64,000 bases of DNA from an uncultured Candidatus Saccharibacteria bacterium (GTDB lineage: Bacteria; Patescibacteriota; Saccharimonadia; Saccharimonadales; JAGQNJ01), in assembly GCA_964510945.1 (NCBI GenBank), contig CAZEED010000003.1, positions 16,222 to 80,221 of the forward strand, read 5' to 3'. This document shows positions 20,292 to 29,444 of the stretch, piece by piece. The translations under genes were made by a program, and so were the position numbers. Under the pieces are notes generated by a model. The model was not told where the DNA came from, did no database searches, and saw only the letters and a program-made list of their open reading frames with translations. Each line of letters starts with the position of its first letter. Within the stretch, counting starts at the first letter, position 1.

Positions 20292-20987
20292 ATGGACGGA
20301 GATCAGACTGTAGAGATCAATCATTTAGGTCTGATATTGGATGGTAATCGTCGTTGGGCAAAAGCTAACGGTTTACCGACTTTTCAGGGGCACGCTAAGG
20401 GATACGAAAACCTTAAAACTATAATAAAAGAAGCTGTACATCAAGGTATCAAATACATCACAGCTTATGTGTTTTCTACTGAGAATTGGGAAAGAACAGA
20501 AAAAGAAGTCAACTATTTAATGAAATTGGCGCTAAAAATCGCCACGAAAGACATTGCCCAGTTACATAAGGATAATATAAAGGTAATATTTATCGGTTCA
20601 AGGGATAGGTTAAGCTCAAAATTAGCATTAGCTATAGCCAAAGCTGAGGAACTTACCAAAAAAAATACTGCAGCTACGGTAGGCTTATGTTTTAACTACG
20701 GTGGTCAGAGCGAGATTATAGACGCGGTGAATAAATCTTGCCAACAACGTGAAAGTCCAGAGATAAGTAAAAAAGATTTTGAACAACTATTGTATTCAAA
20801 AGACTTTCCAGACCTTGATATGATAATAAGAACTTCAGGTGAGATGAGATTAAGTGGATTCATGTTATATAAAGCAGCATATGCCGAGTTGTTTTTTAAT
20901 AATAAATACTGGCCTGATTTTGATAAAAAAGACCTCAATGATGCGATTAATGAATATAAAAACCGTATCAGGAGGTTTGGTAAATAA
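20292..20987 (+). CDS. uppS: Undecaprenyl diphosphate synthase (cis-prenyltransferase)
   Basis: 231 aa with LILDGNRRWA and IRTSGEMRLSGF motifs. Confidence 0.95.
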   Translation: MDGDQTVEINHLGLILDGNRRWAKANGLPTFQGHAKGYENLKTIIKEAVHQGIKYITAYVFSTENWERTEKEVNYLMKLALKIATKDIAQLHKDNIKVIFIGSRDRLSSKLALAIAKAEELTKKNTAATVGLCFNYGGQSEIIDAVNKSCQQRESPEISKKDFEQLLYSKDFPDLDMIIRTSGEMRLSGFMLYKAAYAELFFNNKYWPDFDKKDLNDAINEYKNRIRRFGK

Positions 20988-22105
20988 TGCTACTAATTAT
21001 TGGGCTATTTTTGTTCGTTTGTTTAGTGATTGTTCATGAGTTTGGGCATTATTATGCCGCGAAAAAAAGTGGCGTTGTTGTTGAAGAGTTCGGTATTGGT
21101 TTTCCGCCGAAGGTTTGGGGTAAAAAGCTAAAGAGCAAGATGTTACTTAGCATCAATTTGTTACCGCTGGGTGGTTTTGTGAGACTAAAAGGAGAAAACG
21201 ATTCCGCAACCGAAAAGGGTAGTTATGGATCAGCCACTCTTGGTAATAAAGTGAAAATTATGACTGCCGGTGTAGTGATGAATCTTTTGACCGCAATTCT
21301 AATATTTTTTGTATTAGCGTTAATTGGCACACCAAAATTATTCGACAATCAATTTAGCGTATCAAGCGATACGATAACTTCTAGTAAAGAGATTTTGGTG
21401 GCTAATGTGGAACAAAATTCACCAGCAGAGAAGGCAGGTCTTAAAACACAGGATCATATTATAGGACTAGGAAAAGCACCAAATGAGGTTGTGGAAGTAA
21501 AAAACATTGATCAGTTACCCGAAGAAACGCAAAAATTAGCCGGTGAAGTAGTGTTTATTAGTTACGAGCGTGCCGGCGAACAACAGATGTCGAGCACGAA
21601 ACTTCGATCAGAAAAAGAAGTAAAAGAGTCTAAGAATACAAATACTCCGAAAGGTTATTTGGGCATTACGCCAACAATTTATGAGCTAAGGCGTTCGACG
21701 TGGTCAGCACCTATTGTGGCGGTTGGTTCGGCAGGCCAGTTTACGTGGCTTACGTTACAAGGGTTAGGCTCGGCAATTGCTAGTATTTTTAGTGGGGAGG
21801 GGTCTCAAGCGGCAAAGCAGGTTGCTGGCCCAGTCGGTATATTTGTAATATTAAAAGACGGTAGCTTGTTAGGCACTAGGTTCATATTGATGATTATAGG
21901 TCTGATTTCGTTGACATTAGCGATAATGAATATACTGCCCATTCCGGCACTTGATGGCGGTAGGCTTTTCGTTACGTTAGCGTATAAAGCCATGAAGAGG
22001 CCGCTGACTAAAGAAAAAGAAGATTTAATCCACGGTATTGGTTTTGCTGTATTAATGCTTTTATTTGTCCTGATTACAGTAATTGATGTTAGAAGGTTTT
22101 TTTAA
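20987..22105 (+). CDS. rseP: Site-2 (M50) intramembrane zinc metalloprotease RseP
   Basis: 372 aa with HEFGH in TM1, an internal PDZ and a C-terminal LDGG-type motif (PALDGGRL). Confidence 0.92.
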   Translation: MLLIIGLFLFVCLVIVHEFGHYYAAKKSGVVVEEFGIGFPPKVWGKKLKSKMLLSINLLPLGGFVRLKGENDSATEKGSYGSATLGNKVKIMTAGVVMNLLTAILIFFVLALIGTPKLFDNQFSVSSDTITSSKEILVANVEQNSPAEKAGLKTQDHIIGLGKAPNEVVEVKNIDQLPEETQKLAGEVVFISYERAGEQQMSSTKLRSEKEVKESKNTNTPKGYLGITPTIYELRRSTWSAPIVAVGSAGQFTWLTLQGLGSAIASIFSGEGSQAAKQVAGPVGIFVILKDGSLLGTRFILMIIGLISLTLAIMNILPIPALDGGRLFVTLAYKAMKRPLTKEKEDLIHGIGFAVLMLLFVLITVIDVRRFF

Positions 22106-22900
22106 ATGAGTGATTCGGTAGCTGAAGGGCAAAATAACAATTTAGAACAACCTAAAACTGTTAAATTGTCGTTTTGGAAGCCAGTGCCAACGATCCTGCT
22201 GACAGTGGGTGTCTTTTTGACGTCTCAATTAGCAGGTGGCTTGTTAATAGTGATGATTCCATCTGTTTTAGGGTGGGATAGAGCTCGATCAGATGCATGG
22301 CTGGACACAGTTGGAGTAAAATTCGGGTTAATAATATTAATCGAACTCTTTGTTCTATTGATGCTCAAATACTTATTAAAGCTAAAAAAACGAAATTTTA
22401 AGTACCTTGGTTTAAGAATGCCTAAACCGACTGATTTTGCATATGCAATACTTGGTCTTGGTGTATATTTTTTATGTTTTATTGTGGTGTCGGCTGTTAT
22501 AAAAGCAGTTTTTCCAGCTGTGAATTTTGAACAAGAACAGCAAATTGGTTTCGACACTGCCCAACAGGGTGTATCCTTGGTACTAGTTTTTCTTAGCTTG
22601 GTGGTTGCAGCTCCGTTTGTCGAAGAAGTTTTGGCGCGAGGCTTTTTATACACTGGACTAAAGAATGGGTTTCCGAAATGGCTAGCAGTTATTGTAACTA
22701 GTCTGATGTTTGCTTCGGCACATTTGCAGTTTGGGAGCGGAAATCAGCTACTATGGGTCGCAGCAATCGATACCTTTTTGCTATCACTGGCTTTGATATA
22801 TCTGAGGGAGAAAACAGGAGGACTTGGCGCCCCGATAATGCTACATATGATGAAGAATAGCATCGCGTTCATTCTATTATTTGTGCTTCACGCGAGATAG
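22106..22900 (+). CDS. CPBP (CAAX-like) family intramembrane protease
   Basis: 264 aa, polytopic, with EEVLARGFLY and FASAHL motifs. Confidence 0.85.
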   Translation: MSDSVAEGQNNNLEQPKTVKLSFWKPVPTILLTVGVFLTSQLAGGLLIVMIPSVLGWDRARSDAWLDTVGVKFGLIILIELFVLLMLKYLLKLKKRNFKYLGLRMPKPTDFAYAILGLGVYFLCFIVVSAVIKAVFPAVNFEQEQQIGFDTAQQGVSLVLVFLSLVVAAPFVEEVLARGFLYTGLKNGFPKWLAVIVTSLMFASAHLQFGSGNQLLWVAAIDTFLLSLALIYLREKTGGLGAPIMLHMMKNSIAFILLFVLHAR

Positions 22901-23010
22901 GATATAATATCAAAATCATGGCTAGATATAATGTTTTGTTAATAAATATGCCGACACCACCCCTAGCGGGTGTAATTTAGTATTTTTTTGAAAATATATA
23001 AAAAATAGCG

Positions 23011-23036
23011 CCCCTCAGATAAAACGAGGGGTTTTT
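23011..23036 (+). terminator. Rho-independent terminator
   Basis: CCCCTC-agataaaac-GAGGGG followed by TTTTT. It is preceded by a second weaker hairpin, CACCC-ctagc-GGGTG. Confidence 0.8.
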
Positions 23037-23053
23037 AGTTGGAGAATTTTAAA

Positions 23054-23827
23054 ATGAAGAATTTAAGAGTAAGCAAACTCGGAACAAATTTAGTCACAAA
23101 AGACGGACTTGTTGATGCGGACGCGATTGGTGGGTATGCTAGGGGATTGATTGGATCGTACCCTAATGATCAGCATATTATAGTCACTTCGGGAGCAGCT
23201 GAAACAGGTAAACAGAAAGCAGAGCGCATGTACGGATCAGAACGCGCGGGAGATATGACTCTTCAGCAATGTGCTGCTCTAGGCATGACGGAGGTGTTCA
23301 GGATTTGGGAAAAAGAGCTGGAAGAGTTGGGTAGACTAGCAATTAGTCTAGATATTACGCATCGGCAGCTAAATGGCTATAGATGGTGGCATAAATATCG
23401 CAACAACGAAGAGCGAGATAATTTCTTTAACTTAATCGAAGACAATAGGGAGCGTGGAATAGACACAATTGTGAATGAATCTGCCCTTAGCCTTCGAGAG
23501 TTGATGAAAATATACGTTGGTGGGGAAAATGATGGAATGGGTTCTCATATTGCAGTAGCTACTGGGGCCACAATACTTCGGATATATAAAGAGGCTGGAG
23601 GAGTTTACGATGACGATGGTCAACTTATTGAAGTGGTTGACCAAAATAACATCGATAGTGTGCGTGCTATGGCAGAAGCTCGTTCAAAAAGTAACGTTGG
23701 CACGGGGGGATTATTGGCAGGCGTTAATGCTCTTTGGACGGCTGCACAAGCTGGTGTTGATGCTCGAATGTCTGCAGTAAGTGAAGACATGACTGGCCGT
23801 CTTGAAACACGCTTTGTGGTAGGATAA
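23054..23827 (+). CDS. Amino-acid-kinase-fold protein, divergent glutamate 5-kinase (ProB)-like, no PUA domain
   Basis: VSKLGTNLVT, IIVTSGAAETGK, GGENDGMGSHIAVATGA..GGVYDDDG and GTGGLLAGV are collinear with the E. coli ProB motifs VVKLGTSVLT, VTSGAIAAG, GDNDNLSA..LTDQKGLY and GTGGMSTK. The ATG at 23054 lies 9 nt after GGAG. Confidence 0.7.
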   Translation: MKNLRVSKLGTNLVTKDGLVDADAIGGYARGLIGSYPNDQHIIVTSGAAETGKQKAERMYGSERAGDMTLQQCAALGMTEVFRIWEKELEELGRLAISLDITHRQLNGYRWWHKYRNNEERDNFFNLIEDNRERGIDTIVNESALSLRELMKIYVGGENDGMGSHIAVATGATILRIYKEAGGVYDDDGQLIEVVDQNNIDSVRAMAEARSKSNVGTGGLLAGVNALWTAAQAGVDARMSAVSEDMTGRLETRFVVG

Positions 23828-23832
23828 AAGTA

Positions 23833-25527
23833 ATGAAATATTCACAATTATTTGGAAAAACCTCAAAAAACGAGGGCATAGACTACAAGATTGACTCGCA
23901 TCGTTTGCTAACCCAAGCAGGGTTTATCCGCGAGTCTACGGCTGGTAGGTATTACTTATTACCTTTAGGGCTCAAAGTCCATGACAAGATAATCAATATA
24001 GTACGGAATCGCATGAATAGGGCAAGTGCTCAGGAAATTGTTACTCCTGTACTTCATCCTCTGGAAATCTGGAAAGAGACCAACAGAACAGATACAACGG
24101 GCTTTGAGCTGATGAAAATAACCGACCGCCGCGGCGCTGATTTTGTGTTGGGTGGTACCGCTGAAGAAATGATTGTAGATTTGGTACGTAAATTCAATAT
24201 TAGCTATAAAGATTTGCCTTTCAACTTATATCAATTTTCGATGAAGTTTCGCGATGAAATGAGGGCGCGTGGTGGTTTATTGCGTGTTCGAGAGTTTATC
24301 ATGAAAGACGCTTATAGCTTTAGTACTGAAGAGCAGTTCAAAGAAATTTACCAACAGATGTGGGACGTTTATAAGGAAATATTCAATGAGCTAGGCTTAA
24401 AAACCGACGTTGTTGCAGCTGACAATGGATATATCGGTGGTGAATATTGTCACGAATTTGTAGCAGAAACAAAAGTTGGGGAGAGCACGTACTTTACGAC
24501 AGAAGATGGCAAATATGCTGCGCATGAGGACGTTGCAACCTTTAAATATGATATCCAAAAAAGCGATGAAGCCGAATTGCCAATGGAAGAAGTCGAGGGT
24601 AAAGGTATTGTTGGTGTCGATGAATTAGCGAGATTCTTGAAGATAACTCCTCGGCAAACAACAAAGACTATTTTGTTTGAGGACGAGCAGGACAGAGTGG
24701 TCGCTGCAGCTGTCCGTGGTGACTTTGATATTAACGAGACAAAATTACAATCGATAGTTCAGGGCTCACCACTATCGTTAGCATCAGCAGAAACTGTAAA
24801 ACGCGTTACTGGAGCAGAAGTTGGTTACGCGGGTTTGCTCAATTTGCCAAAAGACGTTGTCGTGATTATGGATGAGTCTATGCGGGATAGGAGAAACTTT
24901 GAAATGGGCGCCAATCGCACTAATTACCACTCTGTAAATGTTAATTTTGGTCGTGACTTGGAAGAACCAAAAAAATTCTATGACATTAAACTTGCAAAAG
25001 CAGGCTACATAGCACCAACAGGACAGAAAATGATAGAAAGAAAGGGGATAGAGGTAGGTAATATCTTTCAGTTAGGATATCACTACAGTAACCTAATGAA
25101 AGGAGCAGAGTATACTGATGAATCTGGGGCTCGACAGAAGTATTACATGGGTTGCTACGGGATTGGTATAGGGCGAACGATGGCAGCAATCGCCGAAATT
25201 CACAGCGATGACCGCGGGATTATTTGGCCAGAAAATGTTGCTCCATTTCGGGTATATTTAGCTTGTTTAGGGAACGAAAAGCAGGTTGTAGATACGGCTG
25301 ATGAGGTATATAAAACCCTTCAAGATGAGGGTATAGAAGTCCTCTATGATGATAGAGATGTGCGTCCTGGTGAGAAGTTTGCTGATGCTGATCTGATTGG
25401 TATCCCTCATCGGGTTGTTATTAGCGCAAAAACCGTGGAAGCAGGCAAGTACGAGTATAAAAAACGAACTGAAAAAGATACTGGATTACTTACTATTGAA
25501 CAACTATTAAAAAAACTAGCCAGCTAG
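23833..25527 (+). CDS. proS: Proline--tRNA ligase (bacterial type with insertion domain)
   Basis: 564 aa with class II motifs, an INS-like middle region and a C-terminal anticodon-binding domain. Confidence 0.96.
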   Translation: MKYSQLFGKTSKNEGIDYKIDSHRLLTQAGFIRESTAGRYYLLPLGLKVHDKIINIVRNRMNRASAQEIVTPVLHPLEIWKETNRTDTTGFELMKITDRRGADFVLGGTAEEMIVDLVRKFNISYKDLPFNLYQFSMKFRDEMRARGGLLRVREFIMKDAYSFSTEEQFKEIYQQMWDVYKEIFNELGLKTDVVAADNGYIGGEYCHEFVAETKVGESTYFTTEDGKYAAHEDVATFKYDIQKSDEAELPMEEVEGKGIVGVDELARFLKITPRQTTKTILFEDEQDRVVAAAVRGDFDINETKLQSIVQGSPLSLASAETVKRVTGAEVGYAGLLNLPKDVVVIMDESMRDRRNFEMGANRTNYHSVNVNFGRDLEEPKKFYDIKLAKAGYIAPTGQKMIERKGIEVGNIFQLGYHYSNLMKGAEYTDESGARQKYYMGCYGIGIGRTMAAIAEIHSDDRGIIWPENVAPFRVYLACLGNEKQVVDTADEVYKTLQDEGIEVLYDDRDVRPGEKFADADLIGIPHRVVISAKTVEAGKYEYKKRTEKDTGLLTIEQLLKKLAS

Positions 25528-25595
25528 GCTAAGGGTTGCTATAATACAGCGACTTTAGAGGTACAATAACGTAATTCAGCTAAAGAGGACTAAAG

Positions 25596-26057
25596 ATGAA
25601 AAAACAATTCCATTTGACTAAAGAGGGCGTTGCCGAGATAAAAAAAGAATTGGCAAAGTTAATTTCTGAGCGAGGCGAGGTTTCTGAGAGGATTAAATCA
25701 GCCAGAGAGTTCGGCGATCTTGCGGAGAATGCCGAGTATACTTCTGCCCGAGAAGAACAAGGAAAAGCTGAAACTAGAATATCCGAGATTGAGAATATTT
25801 TGAGAAGTGTAGAGATTATAAAAAAGCCAAAAACTGATGGAACAGTGAAGTTAGGCTCTAGAGTTGAGTTGAAAAGTTCAGCTGGTAAGAAAAAAGAGTT
25901 TTTAGTTGTCGGGACAGTTGAAGCAGATCCTCTAAATGGTAAGATTTCTGACGAATCTCCCATTGGAAAAACACTACTTGGGCGCAAAGTTGGCGATAAG
26001 GTAGAGATAGTTACGCCTGCGGAGACAACAGCTTACAAGATAGTCTCGATTAAGTAA
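25596..26057 (+). CDS. greA: Transcription elongation factor GreA
   Basis: 153 aa with a coiled-coil N-terminus carrying the acidic tip (DLAENAEY) and a C-terminal FKBP-like domain. Confidence 0.95.
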   Translation: MKKQFHLTKEGVAEIKKELAKLISERGEVSERIKSAREFGDLAENAEYTSAREEQGKAETRISEIENILRSVEIIKKPKTDGTVKLGSRVELKSSAGKKKEFLVVGTVEADPLNGKISDESPIGKTLLGRKVGDKVEIVTPAETTAYKIVSIK

Positions 26058-26108
26058 TACTCTATATAAGATTTGTTTAGATCAATTAGTCATCGTACAA
26101 TTTAATGT

Positions 26109-27617
26109 ATGGCAAATTTAAATGAGCTAAGGGCCGAAAGACTCCGGAAAATACAGGATTTAAAAAAACTTGGCGTAAATCCGTATCCAGCAAAAACAGC
26201 ACGAACACACAATAATATTGATATTTCCGAGAAGTTTTCTGAACTTGAGGATAAGACAGTTTCGGTTGTTGGACGAATTATCAGGATAAGGGATATTGGC
26301 AAACTTGCTTTTGTGGTGATTAAAGACGCTAGCGGCGAAATACAGCTGTTTAATAAGGATTGTGATAGTAACCAAGCGGATTATGCAAATAGTGAGCTGA
26401 ATTATGCAGACTTAAAATTGCTAGATCCTGGAGACTTTGTTGAAGCAACCGGTAAGGTTATTAAAACCAAAACTGGCGAAATTTCAGTGGCCGTGGAGAA
26501 GCTGCGAATATTGTCGAAGTCGCTCAGACCAATGCCGACAAAAGAAGATGGGTTTAGTAATAAAGAAGAGAGGCTAAGACGAAGATATATAGACACAAAC
26601 GTTAATAAAGATGTTTATGATCGATTTGTCAGGCGCAGTAAATTTTGGCAATCAACTAGGGATTTTTTATTGAAAAATGATTTTTTGGAAATAAATATTC
26701 CTGTATTAGAGCACACAACAGGTGGGGCTGACGCAACACCATTTGTTACTCATATGGATGCATTAGATCAGGATTTTTATTTACGAATATCGCACGAGTT
26801 GCCTCTAAAGCGTCTAATTGGTGGTGGTTATGAAAAAGTATTTGATATAGGGCCACGGTTTCGAAACGAAAATTATAGCGACGAACATCTACCCGAGCAT
26901 GTCGCCATGGAGTGGTACTGGGCTTATGCCGATTGGCAAGACGGCATGAAGTTAATGGAAGATATGTTCAAAAAAGTTCTACTTGATACTTTTGGAACTT
27001 TGGAGTTTGAGGTGAGGGGGATGAAGATTAACATGGGTGGCGAGTGGGAACGTTGGAAATATGCTGATGTAATCAAGAAAAACTACGGTATTGATGTTTT
27101 TGACTGTACGATTGACCAAATCAAGAGTGAGCTTAAAAAACACAATATTGAAGTCGAAAAGACCGAGAATAAAGCTAGAGGAATAGATAAATTGTGGAAG
27201 AAAGTTCGGGCAAGCGTTGCTGGCCCAGTATGGCTAATTGATACCCCAACGTTTATTTCTCCACTGTCAAAGACAGATGATGAGGATCCGAGGTTTGTGC
27301 AACGTTTTCAGGCAGTAATAGCTGGAAGTGAACTATGTAATGGTTGGAGTGAATTAAATGATCCAATAGACCAATTGAATAGGTTTGTGGAGCAGCAAAA
27401 AATGCGGGATGAAGGCGATGATGAAGCCCAAATGCTAGATATTGATTATGTAGAAATGCTGGAATACGGAATGCCACCGGCTTGTGGATTGGGTTATGCA
27501 GAACGAGTTTTTTGGATATTTGAAGGTGTATCAGCTAGAGAAGGTGTGCCATTTCCTCAGTTGCGTACAGAAATAGATCAAACAACAAAGTCTATATATC
27601 CCGATTTAAATTTGTAA
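26109..27617 (+). CDS. lysS: Lysine--tRNA ligase, class II
   Basis: 502 aa with an OB-fold N-terminus and class II motifs (FRNE..., GLGYAERV-type C-terminus). Confidence 0.96.
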   Translation: MANLNELRAERLRKIQDLKKLGVNPYPAKTARTHNNIDISEKFSELEDKTVSVVGRIIRIRDIGKLAFVVIKDASGEIQLFNKDCDSNQADYANSELNYADLKLLDPGDFVEATGKVIKTKTGEISVAVEKLRILSKSLRPMPTKEDGFSNKEERLRRRYIDTNVNKDVYDRFVRRSKFWQSTRDFLLKNDFLEINIPVLEHTTGGADATPFVTHMDALDQDFYLRISHELPLKRLIGGGYEKVFDIGPRFRNENYSDEHLPEHVAMEWYWAYADWQDGMKLMEDMFKKVLLDTFGTLEFEVRGMKINMGGEWERWKYADVIKKNYGIDVFDCTIDQIKSELKKHNIEVEKTENKARGIDKLWKKVRASVAGPVWLIDTPTFISPLSKTDDEDPRFVQRFQAVIAGSELCNGWSELNDPIDQLNRFVEQQKMRDEGDDEAQMLDIDYVEMLEYGMPPACGLGYAERVFWIFEGVSAREGVPFPQLRTEIDQTTKSIYPDLNL

Positions 27618-27618
27618 G

Positions 27619-27900
27619 ATGCTCATTTTGAAAAAAATTTATAGAAATATATTCTTTAGTAAAGAAGGAAAATTAGTAATTATTCAGTGGCCGAACCTTT
27701 CACTTTTTCTTTGGTTCATTACAATGATAATTTCAAACTTGTTAAAAGAAGGTGAGATAAAATCAATTGTTAGCTGGATCTCATTAGTAAGTATAATTAT
27801 TTGGTCGATACTTGAAATTATTTTTGGAGTTAATTATTTTCGAAGATGCTTGGGGTTATTGATTCTAGCTATGATCATTGTAACTAGATTAATCACATAA
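27619..27900 (+). CDS. Small 3-TM membrane protein of unknown function
   Basis: 93 aa, very hydrophobic. Its ATG lies 1 nt after the lysS stop. It lies directly upstream of the heliorhodopsin gene. Confidence 0.5.
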   Translation: MLILKKIYRNIFFSKEGKLVIIQWPNLSLFLWFITMIISNLLKEGEIKSIVSWISLVSIIIWSILEIIFGVNYFRRCLGLLILAMIIVTRLIT

Positions 27901-27940
27901 AAATTATTTGATGGGTGAATCAATATGTTAAAGTTAGGCT

Positions 27941-28750
27941 ATGAAAATATTTAAAAACAGAACAAGATCTAGTAAAGGGAATTTTGATAAGCTTCGTAGA
28001 TGGAATGTTGTATTGGCATTTCTTCACGCATTACAGGGTGTGTTAGTAGTAGTTTTAGCAAAAAATGTAGCTTTTCCAATAAACACTAGCTATTTAACTC
28101 TGGATACTATGACTACTGGTATGAACGGATCTCCAAGTTTGGTCCCAGCAATACATAATGTTGCAAATATTAATTTGGCGTATTTAGTGGCCGTGTTTTT
28201 CTTTATGTCGGCTATCGCACATGGATTGCTGGCAAGCTATTTGCGTGACTGGTATGAGAACAATCTGACCAATCATGTAAACAAAATGCGATGGATTGAA
28301 TACTCTTTAAGCGCTAGCACCATGATGATCGGAATCGCACTATTGAGCGGGATTTATGATTTATCTAGTCTTGTGATGATTTTTGGGCTAACGGCAGTCA
28401 TGAATCTTTGCGGTCTGGTTATGGAGCTTCACAATAAAAAATCTAAAACAGTATCATGGATTAGTTTTATAGTTGGATGTATCGCAGGGATACTACCTTG
28501 GGTAGTTATCGGAATATATTTTTGGGGAACTAATGTTTATGGGAGCGGTCAGGTTCCATCATTCGTGTACTGGATCTACGTTAGCCTATTCGTATTCTTT
28601 AACTGCTTTGCTATCAATATGTATCTACAGTACAAAAGAATTGGAAAATGGGCTGATTATCTATACGGAGAGCGTGTGTATATGATTCTGAGTCTAGTCG
28701 CAAAATCGCTTCTCGCTTGGCAGGTCTTTTTTGGCGCACTTCGACCGTAA
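27941..28750 (+). CDS. Heliorhodopsin
   Basis: 269 aa with 7 hydrophobic helices. It is collinear with the prototype heliorhodopsin as I recall it, through RWN..FLHALQG, RWIEYSLSAS, GCIAGILPWVV and YLQYKRIGKWADYLYGERVYMILSLVAKSLLAWQVF. The last block includes the Schiff-base Lys in SLVAKS. Confidence 0.88.
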   Translation: MKIFKNRTRSSKGNFDKLRRWNVVLAFLHALQGVLVVVLAKNVAFPINTSYLTLDTMTTGMNGSPSLVPAIHNVANINLAYLVAVFFFMSAIAHGLLASYLRDWYENNLTNHVNKMRWIEYSLSASTMMIGIALLSGIYDLSSLVMIFGLTAVMNLCGLVMELHNKKSKTVSWISFIVGCIAGILPWVVIGIYFWGTNVYGSGQVPSFVYWIYVSLFVFFNCFAINMYLQYKRIGKWADYLYGERVYMILSLVAKSLLAWQVFFGALRP

Positions 28751-28787
28751 TTATCGTTAACAGATACTTAAGTAGTATACTTGAGGC

Positions 28788-29408
28788 ATGAAGAGCGTTA
28801 TTTTTGATTTTGATGGCACTATTGCCGATACTCTCCCAATAGCTATTGAATGCGCGGAGAGTGTGCTTGGTGATCTAGGCCTAACTGATGAAAAAATTAA
28901 TGAATACAAGAATATGACGGTTAGGCAATTAATCAATGAGCTAGATGTGCCTTATCATCGGATCCCGAAGTACGTTGTCATCGCGCGGTCATTTATAAAA
29001 CAGAACATTCCAAAAATAACAGTTTTTCAGGGATTAACTGAGGTTATAAAACAGCTTCATGATAGTGGATATCGTTTGTATATCGTGAGTAGCAATAGCG
29101 TCGAGAATATCAACACTATATTAAGTAACAATGAATTAAATCAATACTTTGAAAGCATAGTTGGAGGAGTTGGTGTTTTTGGAAAAACCATAGCTCTTAA
29201 AAGTACTATTAAAAAATACAAGATTGATAAAAAAACCTGTATCTATATTGGTGATGAAGTGCGAGATATTAAAGCGTCTAATAAGGTGGGGCTGCCGATA
29301 ATCTCAGTAACTTGGGGCTTCAATGGCGAACAAATACTTAGCTCAAATAAACCAGATTTTATTGCTAAAGAACCGGCTGATATTGTTAGGATAATTGAGA
29401 ATTCATAA
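28788..29408 (+). CDS. HAD-superfamily phosphatase (PGP-like)
   Basis: 206 aa with DxDxT motif IFDFDGTIADT, IVSSNS and a late GDEVRD motif. Confidence 0.85.
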   Translation: MKSVIFDFDGTIADTLPIAIECAESVLGDLGLTDEKINEYKNMTVRQLINELDVPYHRIPKYVVIARSFIKQNIPKITVFQGLTEVIKQLHDSGYRLYIVSSNSVENINTILSNNELNQYFESIVGGVGVFGKTIALKSTIKKYKIDKKTCIYIGDEVRDIKASNKVGLPIISVTWGFNGEQILSSNKPDFIAKEPADIVRIIENS

Positions 29409-29444
29409 AATATATTATTCATCTCAATGCTACAATAGGACTAG

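Noticed and set aside
22945-22975. Minus-strand GGGGTGGTGTCGGC resembling a T-box core between the CPBP gene and the ProB-like gene.
   Set aside because: It is on the wrong strand for any downstream gene. On the + strand it is simply the CACCC/GGGTG terminator-like hairpin after the CPBP gene.
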